DNA of 64,000 bases from Candidatus Parcubacteria bacterium (GTDB lineage: Bacteria > Patescibacteriota > Minisyncoccia > Sungbacterales > SURF-37), in contig QZJO01000009.1 of the NCBI GenBank assembly GCA_003599755.1, forward strand, positions 22,140 to 86,139, read 5' to 3'. Made by a program: the position numbers and the translations under genes. Position 1 is the stretch's first letter, and each line of letters begins with the position of its first letter. The notes under the pieces were generated by a model. It had not been told where the DNA came from. It made no database searches and was given only the letters and a program-made list of their open reading frames with translations. Of this stretch, positions 41,571 to 49,505 are shown piece after piece.

Positions 41571-42419
41571 GTGAACACGCTGCTCTTCGCCGACGCCCAG
41601 GTGTTTTCCGACCTCGCCCCGGAGCGCGACGACGCGCCGCTCCACTACGAGCAGGACCTCGCCTACGACACGGGCTTCTACCAGATCCGCAAGGCCATCG
41701 ACTGCGGCCTCTGGGGATCCGCGGAGCTGGACCTCAACCAGATGATCACCGCGGTGAACCAGCACGAGACTCCGGCCAGCCGCTTCGCGAAGCTCGAGTG
41801 GACCCCCGCGGTGCGCGGCGCCAAGACCGCCCTGCTCGCCGAGCGCGGCGTCCGGCCGATCCACATCGAGGAGTATGAGACGTGGTGCGCATGGCTCCCG
41901 CGCGCGAGCCGGTTCCCCGACGACGGGACGCGCGCGTGGACCTACCGCTTCGACTCCGTCCCCTTCTCGGTGCGCGAGGTGATCGCCGCGGCCATGCGGG
42001 CCGAGGCCTTCGAGTCGTTCGAGATCCGGTTCCCGGCCGAGCCCAAGGCGGTGGATCCGGTCCTGTTCGGGAAGATCGGACGCGTCGCCTACCTCATCGC
42101 GCGCTGGGGCGCGGAGCAGTTCCTCACGCTCGATCAGGTCCGGATGGGACTCGAAGCGCGGCAGCGGCATGACCGCCTGGACCAGTGGTGCAACCGCACC
42201 GTGAACAACGGGTCTGTCTTCCTCGGCGGCACCGTGGGCTCGGGCCTCGCGAGCGCGTTCATCAGCTTCGGTTTCCTCGGAGACCACCCGCTCCTGCTCC
42301 CCCTCGGCGTCCTCAGCGGCGTCGCCGCCGCGGCGGTCATGCTCAGCGTCGAGAAGCTCTTCTTCCGGAAGAAGATGGCAGCGATTCGCGCGGAATGCCC
42401 CTACGCGTTCGCGTCGTGA
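41571..42419 (+). CDS. Hypothetical protein with a C-terminal double TM anchor
   Basis: AAGGAGGAACGC-GTG start. 282 aa with a soluble N-domain and a C-terminal hydrophobic pair. The long antisense ORF 41442-42593 is judged spurious. Confidence 0.5.
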   Translation: MNTLLFADAQVFSDLAPERDDAPLHYEQDLAYDTGFYQIRKAIDCGLWGSAELDLNQMITAVNQHETPASRFAKLEWTPAVRGAKTALLAERGVRPIHIEEYETWCAWLPRASRFPDDGTRAWTYRFDSVPFSVREVIAAAMRAEAFESFEIRFPAEPKAVDPVLFGKIGRVAYLIARWGAEQFLTLDQVRMGLEARQRHDRLDQWCNRTVNNGSVFLGGTVGSGLASAFISFGFLGDHPLLLPLGVLSGVAAAAVMLSVEKLFFRKKMAAIRAECPYAFAS

Positions 42420-42446
42420 AGCAGTAAGCGGCAAACGCCGCACCCG

Positions 42447-42473
42447 CCGGCTCGGGAACGTTCCCGAGCCGGC
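42447..42473 (+). terminator. Perfect palindromic hairpin terminator
   Basis: GCCGGCTCGGGAACGTTCCCGAGCCGGC followed by GAAATATTTT. Confidence 0.55.
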
Positions 42474-42561
42474 GAAATATTTTAAATAAAGGCCTGGCTT
42501 TGCTTGAACGCCGAATCGCGCAATAATGCGCAAAGAACCAGCCCTTACCAAGGAGGCCGCT

Positions 42562-42972
42562 ATGGCGTGGCACCACGTGCGCACCGCGGGCATCGCGCTC
42601 CTCGCCGTGCTTCTCTGGACGCATGCCAGCTGCTACTTCGCAGAGTTCCTGCATCTCGGCGTCATGGCAACGCTCGTCCCGGCGCTGTGGATCTGCATCC
42701 TGATCGCGGATCATCTTTGCTTCTATCGGAAGATCGCTGCGTCGCCACTCTCGGCTGCCCACCAGGATACCTATATGCGCGCGCCGACCATCATGATCGG
42801 AGCCATGATCGCGACCCTGGGCCTGTATCGCGTCGGTCTTTTCACGTATGCGGATATGGCGCGCACCGTGATCGCGGGCACGATCGTCATCGCGGCCATA
42901 CGCATCGGGTTCATCATCCACATGCGACGCGCAAAGCGGGATGCGTCCGCCGCGCTGCGACGGGTACGCTAA
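42562..42972 (+). CDS. Hypothetical membrane protein (136 aa)
   Basis: AAGGAGG RBS. Four predicted TM helices. Confidence 0.5.
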   Translation: MAWHHVRTAGIALLAVLLWTHASCYFAEFLHLGVMATLVPALWICILIADHLCFYRKIAASPLSAAHQDTYMRAPTIMIGAMIATLGLYRVGLFTYADMARTVIAGTIVIAAIRIGFIIHMRRAKRDASAALRRVR

Positions 42973-43000
42973 CCGGAACATCCGGAACGGAGGGGAACCC

Positions 43001-43294
43001 ATGACCGAACAGGAGATCACGTTCTTCACGATCGGGCTTGTCGCGTTGGCCGGCGGACTCCTCATGACGCCGATCTTCATGGGCTTCGCGGTCGCTCGCC
43101 CGCTCCTGCTCGTCGCCGCGGGCTTCTGGGCCACCGTATTCGCGGTGTCCGCCGTGAGCGCCGCGATCCACTGGGACGGCCTGCAGCCCAAGGACATGCC
43201 CGGAATAATGGGAGGCCTCATTCCGTTTTCCGCCATATGCCTCGGCATCACCGGCTACAAGGCGTTTCGCGCGCGGAACAGAGAACTGGCGTAA
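43001..43294 (+). CDS. Hypothetical membrane protein (97 aa)
   Basis: GGAGGGGAA RBS. Three TM helices. Followed by a hairpin plus CTTCTTCTTTT tail. Confidence 0.5.
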   Translation: MTEQEITFFTIGLVALAGGLLMTPIFMGFAVARPLLLVAAGFWATVFAVSAVSAAIHWDGLQPKDMPGIMGGLIPFSAICLGITGYKAFRARNRELA

Positions 43295-43302
43295 ACCACA
43301 CA

Positions 43303-43354
43303 CTCGCGCAAGCCGCCCTGCGGCGGGAAGAATCCGCCACCGCAGTCGGCGGCT
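43303..43354 (+). terminator. Tandem hairpins plus GGCTTCTTCTTTT tail
   Basis: CCGCC-CTGC-GGCGG and CCGCCACCGCAGTCGGCGG followed by CTTCTTCTTTTG. This is the conserved terminator-tail type of this block. Confidence 0.5.
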
Positions 43355-43433
43355 TCTTCTTTTGACTCAAATAAAAACCGGCCCGCCGAGTGCGATACTT
43401 TGCACCCAACGGGCCGTAGCTATATATCTCCTT

Positions 43434-44024
43434 TCATCGGCTATGCCGGGTGTGGAAGAACCGTTTCGTTTCGACGATGATCTGACGGCCGAGATCGGTC
43501 ACGCCGGCGGCGTTCTCATCCAGGTTCAGCGACAGCGCGCCTCCCTTGCCGGAATCGCTTTGCACCATGCCTTGCCCCGTGAGGAATCCGAGCGTCTCGC
43601 GCAGCGCCGTGCGGTTGATGGAAGGGAGCTTCAGCTGGCCGAGCTTCCGCTCGACGTTCTGCAGCACCGAGTCCTCTTTCAAGGCATGTCCGCCGGCGAA
43701 GATTCGCCGACTCCCCGGCCTGGCAAAGCCGTAGACCAGCACGAGCTGCACATGGATGTGCGGCACGGGCAAGGACGCGTCGAGCCGCAGCGCGCGGTGC
43801 GGCTCGAGCCGCTGAAACTGCTTCATCGCGGCCGCAGTCCGACGCGCTTCCTTCTTTTGCTGCCGCGCCACCCAGCGCAGGGTCTGGCGCTCGGCCTCGG
43901 CCAGTTCCGCCCGGAGCCGGTCGGAGTTCTCGAGGCCCACGCGGCGGACGATCTGCGCGAACCAGCCCATCTGGATCGAAGGATACAGCTCTCGCAGCTG
44001 CCGAAACTCGCGTTCGATGTCCAC
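43434..44024 (-). CDS. Hypothetical protein (196 aa)
   Basis: AAGGAG lies 7 nt upstream of GTG 44024. The protein is more protein-like than the antisense plus-strand ORF 43362-44087. Confidence 0.4.
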   Translation of the reverse strand: MDIEREFRQLRELYPSIQMGWFAQIVRRVGLENSDRLRAELAEAERQTLRWVARQQKKEARRTAAAMKQFQRLEPHRALRLDASLPVPHIHVQLVLVYGFARPGSRRIFAGGHALKEDSVLQNVERKLGQLKLPSINRTALRETLGFLTGQGMVQSDSGKGGALSLNLDENAAGVTDLGRQIIVETKRFFHTRHSR

Positions 44025-44108
44025 CGATGGTCTCCTTGTCGGGGTTTCGAAGATCTGAATCGCGCGGTAATTAGTATACTAAAATAGTTGATTTGTCAAT
44101 CTATGCCG

Positions 44109-44139
44109 TTGATAGCTGCTCTAGAAAATGCTTAGCTGA
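44109..44139 (+). promoter_or_regulatory. Conserved promoter module P1 (TTGATA-N17-TGCTTAGCTGA)
   Basis: -35-like hexamer, 17-nt spacer and an extended -10-like TGCTTAGCT. Near-identical modules occur at 45802, 46304 and 48521. Confidence 0.5.
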
Positions 44140-44222
44140 GCACAGTTCCCCGCTCCTTTCCATTCCTCCTTCCCAGCCGGAAGTGCTGCCCGAACAACAC
44201 TTCCGCACTGGGAGGGAAACCT

Positions 44223-44681
44223 ATGCAAGAGGATCGATCGCTGCAACGAATCTCGCGCCGCGAAGCCCTAAAGTCAGCGCTGATCCAGCCAGGTATCGCG
44301 GCATTCGGCCTGGGCGTCGTCGCCGCCGTAATGGTTCTACTCGTGACCTCGCAGCCACTGGTGGCGAAGGTGCCGACGAGCTTCCTCGGCTATCCAGTGA
44401 CTATGCAGGACCTCGGTCGACTATGCGCCGTCGCGTTCTTCGTCCTGTCGCCACTGATGTTCATTCCATTCAGCTATCGCGACCTTCGGAAGAACTTCGT
44501 CCGGTGTCTGGAATGCGGCAAGCAACGATCACTTCATGCGATCGAACATCTCCGCGCCATGCGTCGGTGCGGGACCTGCCACCACGAGCTCCCGCCCCAG
44601 CTTCGATCGCAACCGCGAACCGGAGAAAAGCTATCGACCAACCAACTCATACTTCGGTACTTGCGAGCGCTCAATCGCTAG
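44223..44681 (+). CDS. Membrane protein with a C-terminal zinc-ribbon
   Basis: GGGAGGGAAAC RBS. Two TM helices, then CLECGK...CGTCHH (a CxxC-N17-CxxC motif). Confidence 0.55.
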   Translation: MQEDRSLQRISRREALKSALIQPGIAAFGLGVVAAVMVLLVTSQPLVAKVPTSFLGYPVTMQDLGRLCAVAFFVLSPLMFIPFSYRDLRKNFVRCLECGKQRSLHAIEHLRAMRRCGTCHHELPPQLRSQPRTGEKLSTNQLILRYLRALNR

Positions 44682-44701
44682 AACCTCGATAAGGAGGGGT
44701 C

Positions 44702-45070
44702 ATGGAAAAACTGATCGCCGCGATCTGGGGATTCACCCCTGACTGGTGGAGCTACGGCGACCCCACGGTGCGTACCATGGTGCTCGGCGTCGTGACGCTC
44801 ACGATCCTGATGGCCAGTGCCATGATCGGCATGGCCGTACTCGGACTCATCGCATATCTCCGGCGGCAACCGACCAGCTCTCGCCTAGTGAGACTCGAAC
44901 TCGCAATCTCTCTCGGGATGGTCGCGGGAGCCGCCATCATCCAGGTGCTTCCGCTTCATCTCGGTCCGCGCCTAGCCCTCACCATCGCGCTTCTCGCGCT
45001 CTGCCTCACCGCCACTGCGATCTATATTGCGGATGGGACCTCCAAGAGGAGGATATCCCATGAGCGCTGA
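44702..45070 (+). CDS. Hypothetical membrane protein (122 aa)
   Basis: AAGGAGGGG RBS. Four TM helices. Confidence 0.5.
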   Translation: MEKLIAAIWGFTPDWWSYGDPTVRTMVLGVVTLTILMASAMIGMAVLGLIAYLRRQPTSSRLVRLELAISLGMVAGAAIIQVLPLHLGPRLALTIALLALCLTATAIYIADGTSKRRISHER

Positions 45071-45227
45071 GACGCGCGAAGTCCTCTGCCTGATCTTCAT
45101 CCCGACTGCCAGCTTCGCGGCACTCTGGCTCGGGGTCGGCGCGCTCCTGTGGTTCAAGCCACACCTCTGGGACATCGCCGGCGATGCGGCAAAGTCCCCG
45201 CCGCTCGTCGAAGAGGAGATGCAATGA
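45060..45227 (+). CDS. Small membrane protein (55 aa)
   Basis: GAGGAGGA RBS. The start overlaps the upstream stop by 11 nt. One TM helix. Confidence 0.4.
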   Translation: MSAETREVLCLIFIPTASFAALWLGVGALLWFKPHLWDIAGDAAKSPPLVEEEMQ

Positions 45228-45739
45228 TGACCGACAAGCTCGTCGCGCTTCAGTTCAAAGATGAGCAGGGATTCGCGCGCGGCCTTGAAGCACTCGAAGC
45301 GCGAAGCGAGATTCCGTACTCGCTTCCCGGCAATCGAAACATCGCGCTGCCGACATCGGCACTGGGCTGGTTCGTGGCCGAGCTCCGACGTCTTTCCGTC
45401 AAATTCGAGGAGATTCCGGTGGTCGATGCCAGCGATCTTCCCGAAGGCAAGGCCGACCGGATCCGTCGGTCGGCGCGCGCATCCTCACCGCGCATGTTGA
45501 TTCGGGTTCGGAACGCAGAACGCCTGGCGCAGTTACTCCAGCTTCTCATTCGAACGGACTGTCCGTTCGTCTATCTCGGATCGGAGGAAGGCATCGTCGT
45601 CCGCTACGAGGACTGGACGCGATTCGTGCCCGATCAGTCCATGTTCGAGGGTTTCGAACATCGGGCCGTGTCCCAGATAACCCTCGACCTGCTCGCGATT
45701 CGAGGTAAGCCGCACCTCGCCGAGTTCCTCGGCATGTAA
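45224..45739 (+). CDS. Hypothetical soluble protein (171 aa), last gene of a translationally coupled 4-gene operon
   Basis: GAGGAG RBS, with ATGA start/stop overlap to the upstream gene. No recognisable domain. Confidence 0.5.
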   Translation: MMTDKLVALQFKDEQGFARGLEALEARSEIPYSLPGNRNIALPTSALGWFVAELRRLSVKFEEIPVVDASDLPEGKADRIRRSARASSPRMLIRVRNAERLAQLLQLLIRTDCPFVYLGSEEGIVVRYEDWTRFVPDQSMFEGFEHRAVSQITLDLLAIRGKPHLAEFLGM

Positions 45740-45760
45740 TCGCCCACCGCCCGCACGGAA

Positions 45761-45795
45761 GCCCGCCGTGCATCGCGGCGGGCTTCTTCTTTTTC
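45761..45795 (+). terminator. Hairpin plus GGCTTCTTCTTTTT terminator
   Basis: GCCCGCCG-TGCATCG-CGGCGGGC followed by TTCTTCTTTTTC. Confidence 0.55.
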
Positions 45796-45801
45796 GCCTT
45801 C

Positions 45802-45831
45802 TTGACGTCCCTGGCCGGCATGCTTAGCTGG
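45802..45831 (+). promoter_or_regulatory. Conserved promoter module P2 (TTGACG-N16-TGCTTAGCTG)
   Basis: Same architecture as P1, P3 and P4. It is followed by ~430 nt with no convincing ORF, then a conserved terminator. Confidence 0.5.
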
Positions 45832-46267
45832 AGTCAGCGATTCCCCTTAAACAAAATCGTGCGTCAGCGACAATCCGTGGGACGGGTCGTGCCTGGAAGT
45901 ACACGCGTAACGACACAGCGCTATACTGCGCTGGGACCCGAGTAATCACTCGGCGAACACCCACCGCCGTGACGGGGCTCATCCTGGGAATCGCCCCAGA
46001 CGCAACGCAGCATGTAAATCGCGGCAGGCATGTGACGGTAGAGAGGGTGACCTATCGCCGTACTCGGAGAATCCTCACGGAGGCACGGGCTGATGCTCGT
46101 CGCTGCTGACGCACGAGGTCAATTGCGAGCTAACCGGCTCGCATCGCTGTGGCGCAGGCGTCGGAAATTACGCTGGCCTGATAGTATAGTGAGGGGCTCA
46201 TCCACCCTCTCCCTTCCTGGTCAGGTCCGCGGACTTGCCGCCGGCGCTTGCGCCACACTCGATCACC

Positions 46268-46296
46268 GCCACCTAGCAGAGGTGGCGGCTTCTTTT
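46268..46296 (+). terminator. Hairpin plus GGCTTCTTTTG terminator
   Basis: GCCACCT-AGCAG-AGGTGGC followed by GGCTTCTTTTG. Confidence 0.5.
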
Positions 46297-46303
46297 GCTC
46301 TTC

Positions 46304-46333
46304 TTGACGTTCCTGGCCAATGTGCTTAGCTGA
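46304..46333 (+). promoter_or_regulatory. Conserved promoter module P3 (TTGACG-N16-TGCTTAGCTGA)
   Basis: Identical core to P2. Lies upstream of gtrA. Confidence 0.5.
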
Positions 46334-46403
46334 GCGCAGTTCTCCTTCCTCCCAGCCGAAAACGCCTCTCGCTCCGAGAGACCTTTCCGCCCTGGGAGGA
46401 AAA

Positions 46404-46802
46404 ATGCTCAGCCCTTCACAACTCTCTCAGATGCTTCGGTTTTCGACAGCCGGAGCCGCGACCGTTTCTCTGTACTACCTCCTGCTGGCTTTCCTGACGG
46501 AGGTGCTAGGGTTCTGGTACCTCACCTCATCCATCGCGGCGTTCCTGATTGGCTACGCAACGAACTTCACGCTCCAGAAACTCTGGACGTTCAAGGAACG
46601 CAGCACGCACGCGCTATCTCGCCAAGTCACTCTTCATCTCGCTCTTCAGTTCGGGAACCTCGTGCTCAACACGACCCTTCTGTATCTCCTCGTGGAATAC
46701 GGACAACTCTGGTACATCACCGCACAGCTCATCCTGACCGTTGCGCTATCCATCGAGAGCTACTTCGTTTCGCGATGGATCTTCGCTTCCGTTAGCCGGT
46801 GA
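46404..46802 (+). CDS. GtrA-family membrane protein (polysaccharide/lipid-linked sugar translocation component)
   Basis: 132 aa with four TM helices and the GtrA-like pattern F..VG......Y.....L......Y..A...A......NF.L.K.WTF. Confidence 0.65.
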   Translation: MLSPSQLSQMLRFSTAGAATVSLYYLLLAFLTEVLGFWYLTSSIAAFLIGYATNFTLQKLWTFKERSTHALSRQVTLHLALQFGNLVLNTTLLYLLVEYGQLWYITAQLILTVALSIESYFVSRWIFASVSR

Positions 46803-46850
46803 CCCTGTTCGTGTCGTCCCAAAACAACGCTTCCGCACTGGGAGGGAAAC

Positions 46851-47363
46851 ATGACGTATGATCCGTCGCTGCAGCCCATATCCCCCGATACAATGGCGAA
46901 CCTCAAGATGGTCAAGGGCGCCGTTCTCGACCTGGGGCGTATCCATCTTGTCGAGCTCACTCGCGTGGTCGAGAGTAAAGAGATAGTTACCGACTACAAA
47001 ACGAAAAACCGAGTCCTTGGAACGATTCGAGAATCGGTCGAGCAGATCGATGCAATGCTTGCCGCCATCGTCCGAGAGCTCGAAGCTGCGGGCAAACTCG
47101 CTGGAGCTGTCCGGCAAACGCTGGGAGTAATCGACGGGGTGCATGCGGTCTTCTTCGAAAGGGAAGGGCGCGTCACGCACATCTGGACGGTTCTCTCCGC
47201 CGATGATCGAAGTGTCGAGGAGGCGGTCTACGCAGGCGAGAGAAAGATTATCGACAAGCTCGGTAGCACGCCTCTCGACTTCCACCTCGTCGTCCGCGAC
47301 GGCCGGCCGCTCGACGAGCGCTTCCCCCGCGCAACGTGTCTCTATAAGCGAACACTCAGGTAA
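46851..47363 (+). CDS. Hypothetical protein (170 aa)
   Basis: GGGAGGGAAAC RBS. Its 5'UTR and first residues (M..DPSLQPIS) are duplicated from the gene at 44223. Confidence 0.45.
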   Translation: MTYDPSLQPISPDTMANLKMVKGAVLDLGRIHLVELTRVVESKEIVTDYKTKNRVLGTIRESVEQIDAMLAAIVRELEAAGKLAGAVRQTLGVIDGVHAVFFEREGRVTHIWTVLSADDRSVEEAVYAGERKIIDKLGSTPLDFHLVVRDGRPLDERFPRATCLYKRTLR

Positions 47364-47429
47364 CCGGTCATCGCTAGAGAAGAGTTCCCTAACTATACAG
47401 AGGGTGCTTCTCACCCTGAGGAGGAAGAT

Positions 47430-47837
47430 ATGACCATGGTTCAGCCCGTCCTGCAAGACGATCCGTTCGCAGCGCCTGCCTGGAACGCGAGCGGCGCAAT
47501 CCTCGCACTCGAGAAGTTGCGCAGCGGCGAGCAGTTGGACAACAACGACCGTCGAGCGATCACGAAGACCGAGGAGTTCCTCCGCTCGCTGCAATGGGGA
47601 GATGCTCAAGAAGACGACCTTTCAGACGAAGCCCGGCGCAACCAGGAGTTCTTGCTGAGAGCGAACCGCTTCCGACCTACACTGGATATCGTCAATCTCC
47701 ACCTTCAATTCGAGGCGCTGATCAGCCAGCTCGAGGCGTCCGCAGGTCTGAACGAGGAAGTTCTCGGCTTCGTCCCGCAGATGCAGGACACGCTTCTCGA
47801 CGTTCTCCATGTGCTCAACATCTGCCGGCAGCGCTGA
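47430..47837 (+). CDS. Hypothetical protein (135 aa)
   Basis: GAGGAGGAAGAT RBS. Acidic, predicted helical. Confidence 0.45.
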   Translation: MTMVQPVLQDDPFAAPAWNASGAILALEKLRSGEQLDNNDRRAITKTEEFLRSLQWGDAQEDDLSDEARRNQEFLLRANRFRPTLDIVNLHLQFEALISQLEASAGLNEEVLGFVPQMQDTLLDVLHVLNICRQR

Positions 47838-47933
47838 AAAACCGAACGCCGTCGCCCGCGACGAGAAAGAAGCTCGTCACCCCGGGTGGCGGCTTCTTCT
47901 TTTTCGACGACGATCATAACGACTAGAAAAGAT

Positions 47934-48206
47934 TCAACCGACGACCGAAGTAGATACACCAGCCGAGGCCAGCGAAAAATAGAGTGCGTCGGCCACAGGG
48001 ATCACGCCGATCCGTCCAAGCATTATATTGCGCTCGTGATAAATCCACCAGCCGTCTGCTACTGCAACCTGCCCCCACACGCCCCACCACATCACCGCGA
48101 GAACCGCAAAGCCCAACAGCATGAAACGCTCAAAGGGCCGGACGCCTGATCGCCACCACATCAACAGCCCGATCAGTAGAAGGATGCCGTACGCGGCCAG
48201 ATTCAT
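47934..48206 (-). CDS. Lycopene-cyclase-domain (CrtYd-like) small membrane protein
   Basis: 90 aa with 3 TM helices. ATGA overlap with the upstream partner. Carries a degenerate IPVAD.LYF motif. Confidence 0.45.
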   Translation of the reverse strand: MNLAAYGILLLIGLLMWWRSGVRPFERFMLLGFAVLAVMWWGVWGQVAVADGWWIYHERNIMLGRIGVIPVADALYFSLASAGVSTSVVG

Positions 48207-48469
48207 AACGTATTGCGCTTAGCCCAGATCAGGATCGCGGCGACATTGTAGAAGGCAAGGACGAACAACAGCATCTCTTCGATCGGAACCCCGGCGACTG
48301 TCGCGATAATCCGGTTGTTGGGGAAATTGCCGAGATAGCGAATCCAAAACGCATCGAAGATTGACCAGTAGAGAATAGTAACCGCGAGCACAGCCGCGCC
48401 CCGCCAAGTTAGGAGACGACGGCCGACCCGGAAATCGCCCGCCGCATCAAAGGCGATACTGATCGGCAA
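48203..48469 (-). CDS. Lycopene-cyclase-domain (CrtYc-like) small membrane protein
   Basis: 88 aa with 3 TM helices. GVPIEEMLLFVL matches the PxEE(x)LFF motif of the heterodimeric lycopene cyclase domain. Confidence 0.55.
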   Translation of the reverse strand: MPISIAFDAAGDFRVGRRLLTWRGAAVLAVTILYWSIFDAFWIRYLGNFPNNRIIATVAGVPIEEMLLFVLAFYNVAAILIWAKRNTL

Positions 48470-48520
48470 TACAAAGCTGAAGCGGTCAACGCGCTGACCT
48501 ACCGTTCACACTGGTCGCCC

Positions 48521-48550
48521 TTGACCTCCCCCGCCAGCGTGCTTAGCTGA
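48521..48550 (+). promoter_or_regulatory. Conserved promoter module P4 (TTGACC-N16-TGCTTAGCTGA)
   Basis: Same architecture as P1-P3. Upstream of the Ham1 gene. Confidence 0.5.
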
Positions 48551-48601
48551 TTTCAGATTCCTCCCCCAGGCGCTTCACTGCTTCAGCCCTTAAGGAGCAC
48601 C

Positions 48602-49204
48602 ATGATGAAAATCACAGTAGGTTCGACCAATCCCGCGAAGATCGCCCAGATACGGGACGCCTTGGCGCCGGCAGGAATCGATGTCCGGGGCATAACAGAC
48701 AAACGACTCCTTCCAGAAGTAATCGAAGACCAGCGAAGCGTGCAAGAAAACGCGAGAAAGAAAGCTCTTGCTTACGCCAAGGCGCTCGGAGAATTGGTGC
48801 TCTCAGTGGACAATGCACTATTTCTCGACGGTCTGCCTCCCGAGCAACAGCCGGGCATGTACGTGCGACGCATCGGCGGCCGAGAAGCCGCGACTGATAC
48901 CGATCTTCTTCGTCATGGCTCGGAGCTCGTGCAATCTCTCGGCGGTCGGACTACCGGCTACTGGGAATATGGGATCTGCGTCGCCAGCCCGGAGGGCAAG
49001 ACGTGGGAAACCACTATTCGAACTCCGCGAGTGTTCACGAGCGAGGCAAGTTCCGCGATCGTGCCCGGCTATCCGCTCGAGTCGATCCAAATCGATCCGG
49101 AAACTGGAAAGTACATCGCGGAGATGACCGCAGCGGAACAAGCTGCGTTCTGGCAGAGAACGCTCGGCGAGCCCCTCCGGAAGTTTTTCGAAGGCATCAG
49201 ATGA
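48602..49204 (+). CDS. Non-canonical purine NTP pyrophosphatase (Ham1/RdgB/ITPase family)
   Basis: VGSTNPAKIAQI N-terminal motif and overall Ham1-fold pattern. AAGGAG RBS. Confidence 0.75.
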   Translation: MMKITVGSTNPAKIAQIRDALAPAGIDVRGITDKRLLPEVIEDQRSVQENARKKALAYAKALGELVLSVDNALFLDGLPPEQQPGMYVRRIGGREAATDTDLLRHGSELVQSLGGRTTGYWEYGICVASPEGKTWETTIRTPRVFTSEASSAIVPGYPLESIQIDPETGKYIAEMTAAEQAAFWQRTLGEPLRKFFEGIR

Positions 49205-49245
49205 AGCGACCCGCAGGCGCGCCAAACACGCCCATCGTTCGCACG

Positions 49246-49285
49246 GAAGCCCGCCGTCGCGTCAACGGTGGGCTTCTTCTTTTCG
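49246..49285 (+). terminator. Hairpin plus GGGCTTCTTCTTTTC terminator
   Basis: GCCCGCCGT-CGCGTCA-ACGGTGGGC followed by TTCTTCTTTTC. Confidence 0.5.
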
Positions 49286-49299
49286 CTCAATCACTGATG

Positions 49300-49316
49300 T
49301 GCGCAGGGCAGGATTC
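49300..49316 (-). repeat. 17-nt direct repeat of the tRNA-Tyr 3' end (att-core-like scar)
   Basis: TGCGCAGGGCAGGATTC is identical to 49506-49522, which is the discriminator plus acceptor 3' strand plus T-arm 3' half of tRNA-Tyr. Confidence 0.6.
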
Positions 49317-49505
49317 CGGCGTTACGCGCCTAGAACCGTCGCGGCACGCGCACTCTGTGCGCTAACACCGCCTTTGAAACCTTGCGGTTTCAATACTTCC
49401 GCCATGGGGAAACTTCCGTTTCCCCCACCCCCCTTCCCGAGGTTCGAATCTTGCCCGTTCATCAAAGTAGACAGAACCCGCGAGGGGTCCAGTATACTTC
49501 GTTAA

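Noticed and set aside
41442-42593. 383-aa minus-strand ORF and other long antisense ORFs (43362-44087 plus strand; 46746-47609 minus strand; 1535-2482 plus strand, and others)
   Set aside because: Their composition is Arg/Leu/Ala/Pro-rich with no motifs. They lie opposite genes that have strong RBSs and recognisable domains or TM topology. They are judged to be GC-driven artefacts.
45980-46010. tmRNA identity for the orphan transcript, based on GGGGCTCATCCTGGGAATCGCCCC resembling the tmRNA 5' end
   Set aside because: No T-arm (GGTTCGAnTCC), no 3' acceptor partner and no tag-peptide frame ending in a stop could be found. The resemblance is short and could be chance.
49380-49460. Possible plus-strand tRNA suggested by GGTTCGAATC at ~49441
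   Set aside because: The flanking sequence cannot form T-stem or acceptor pairings. No cloverleaf could be built.
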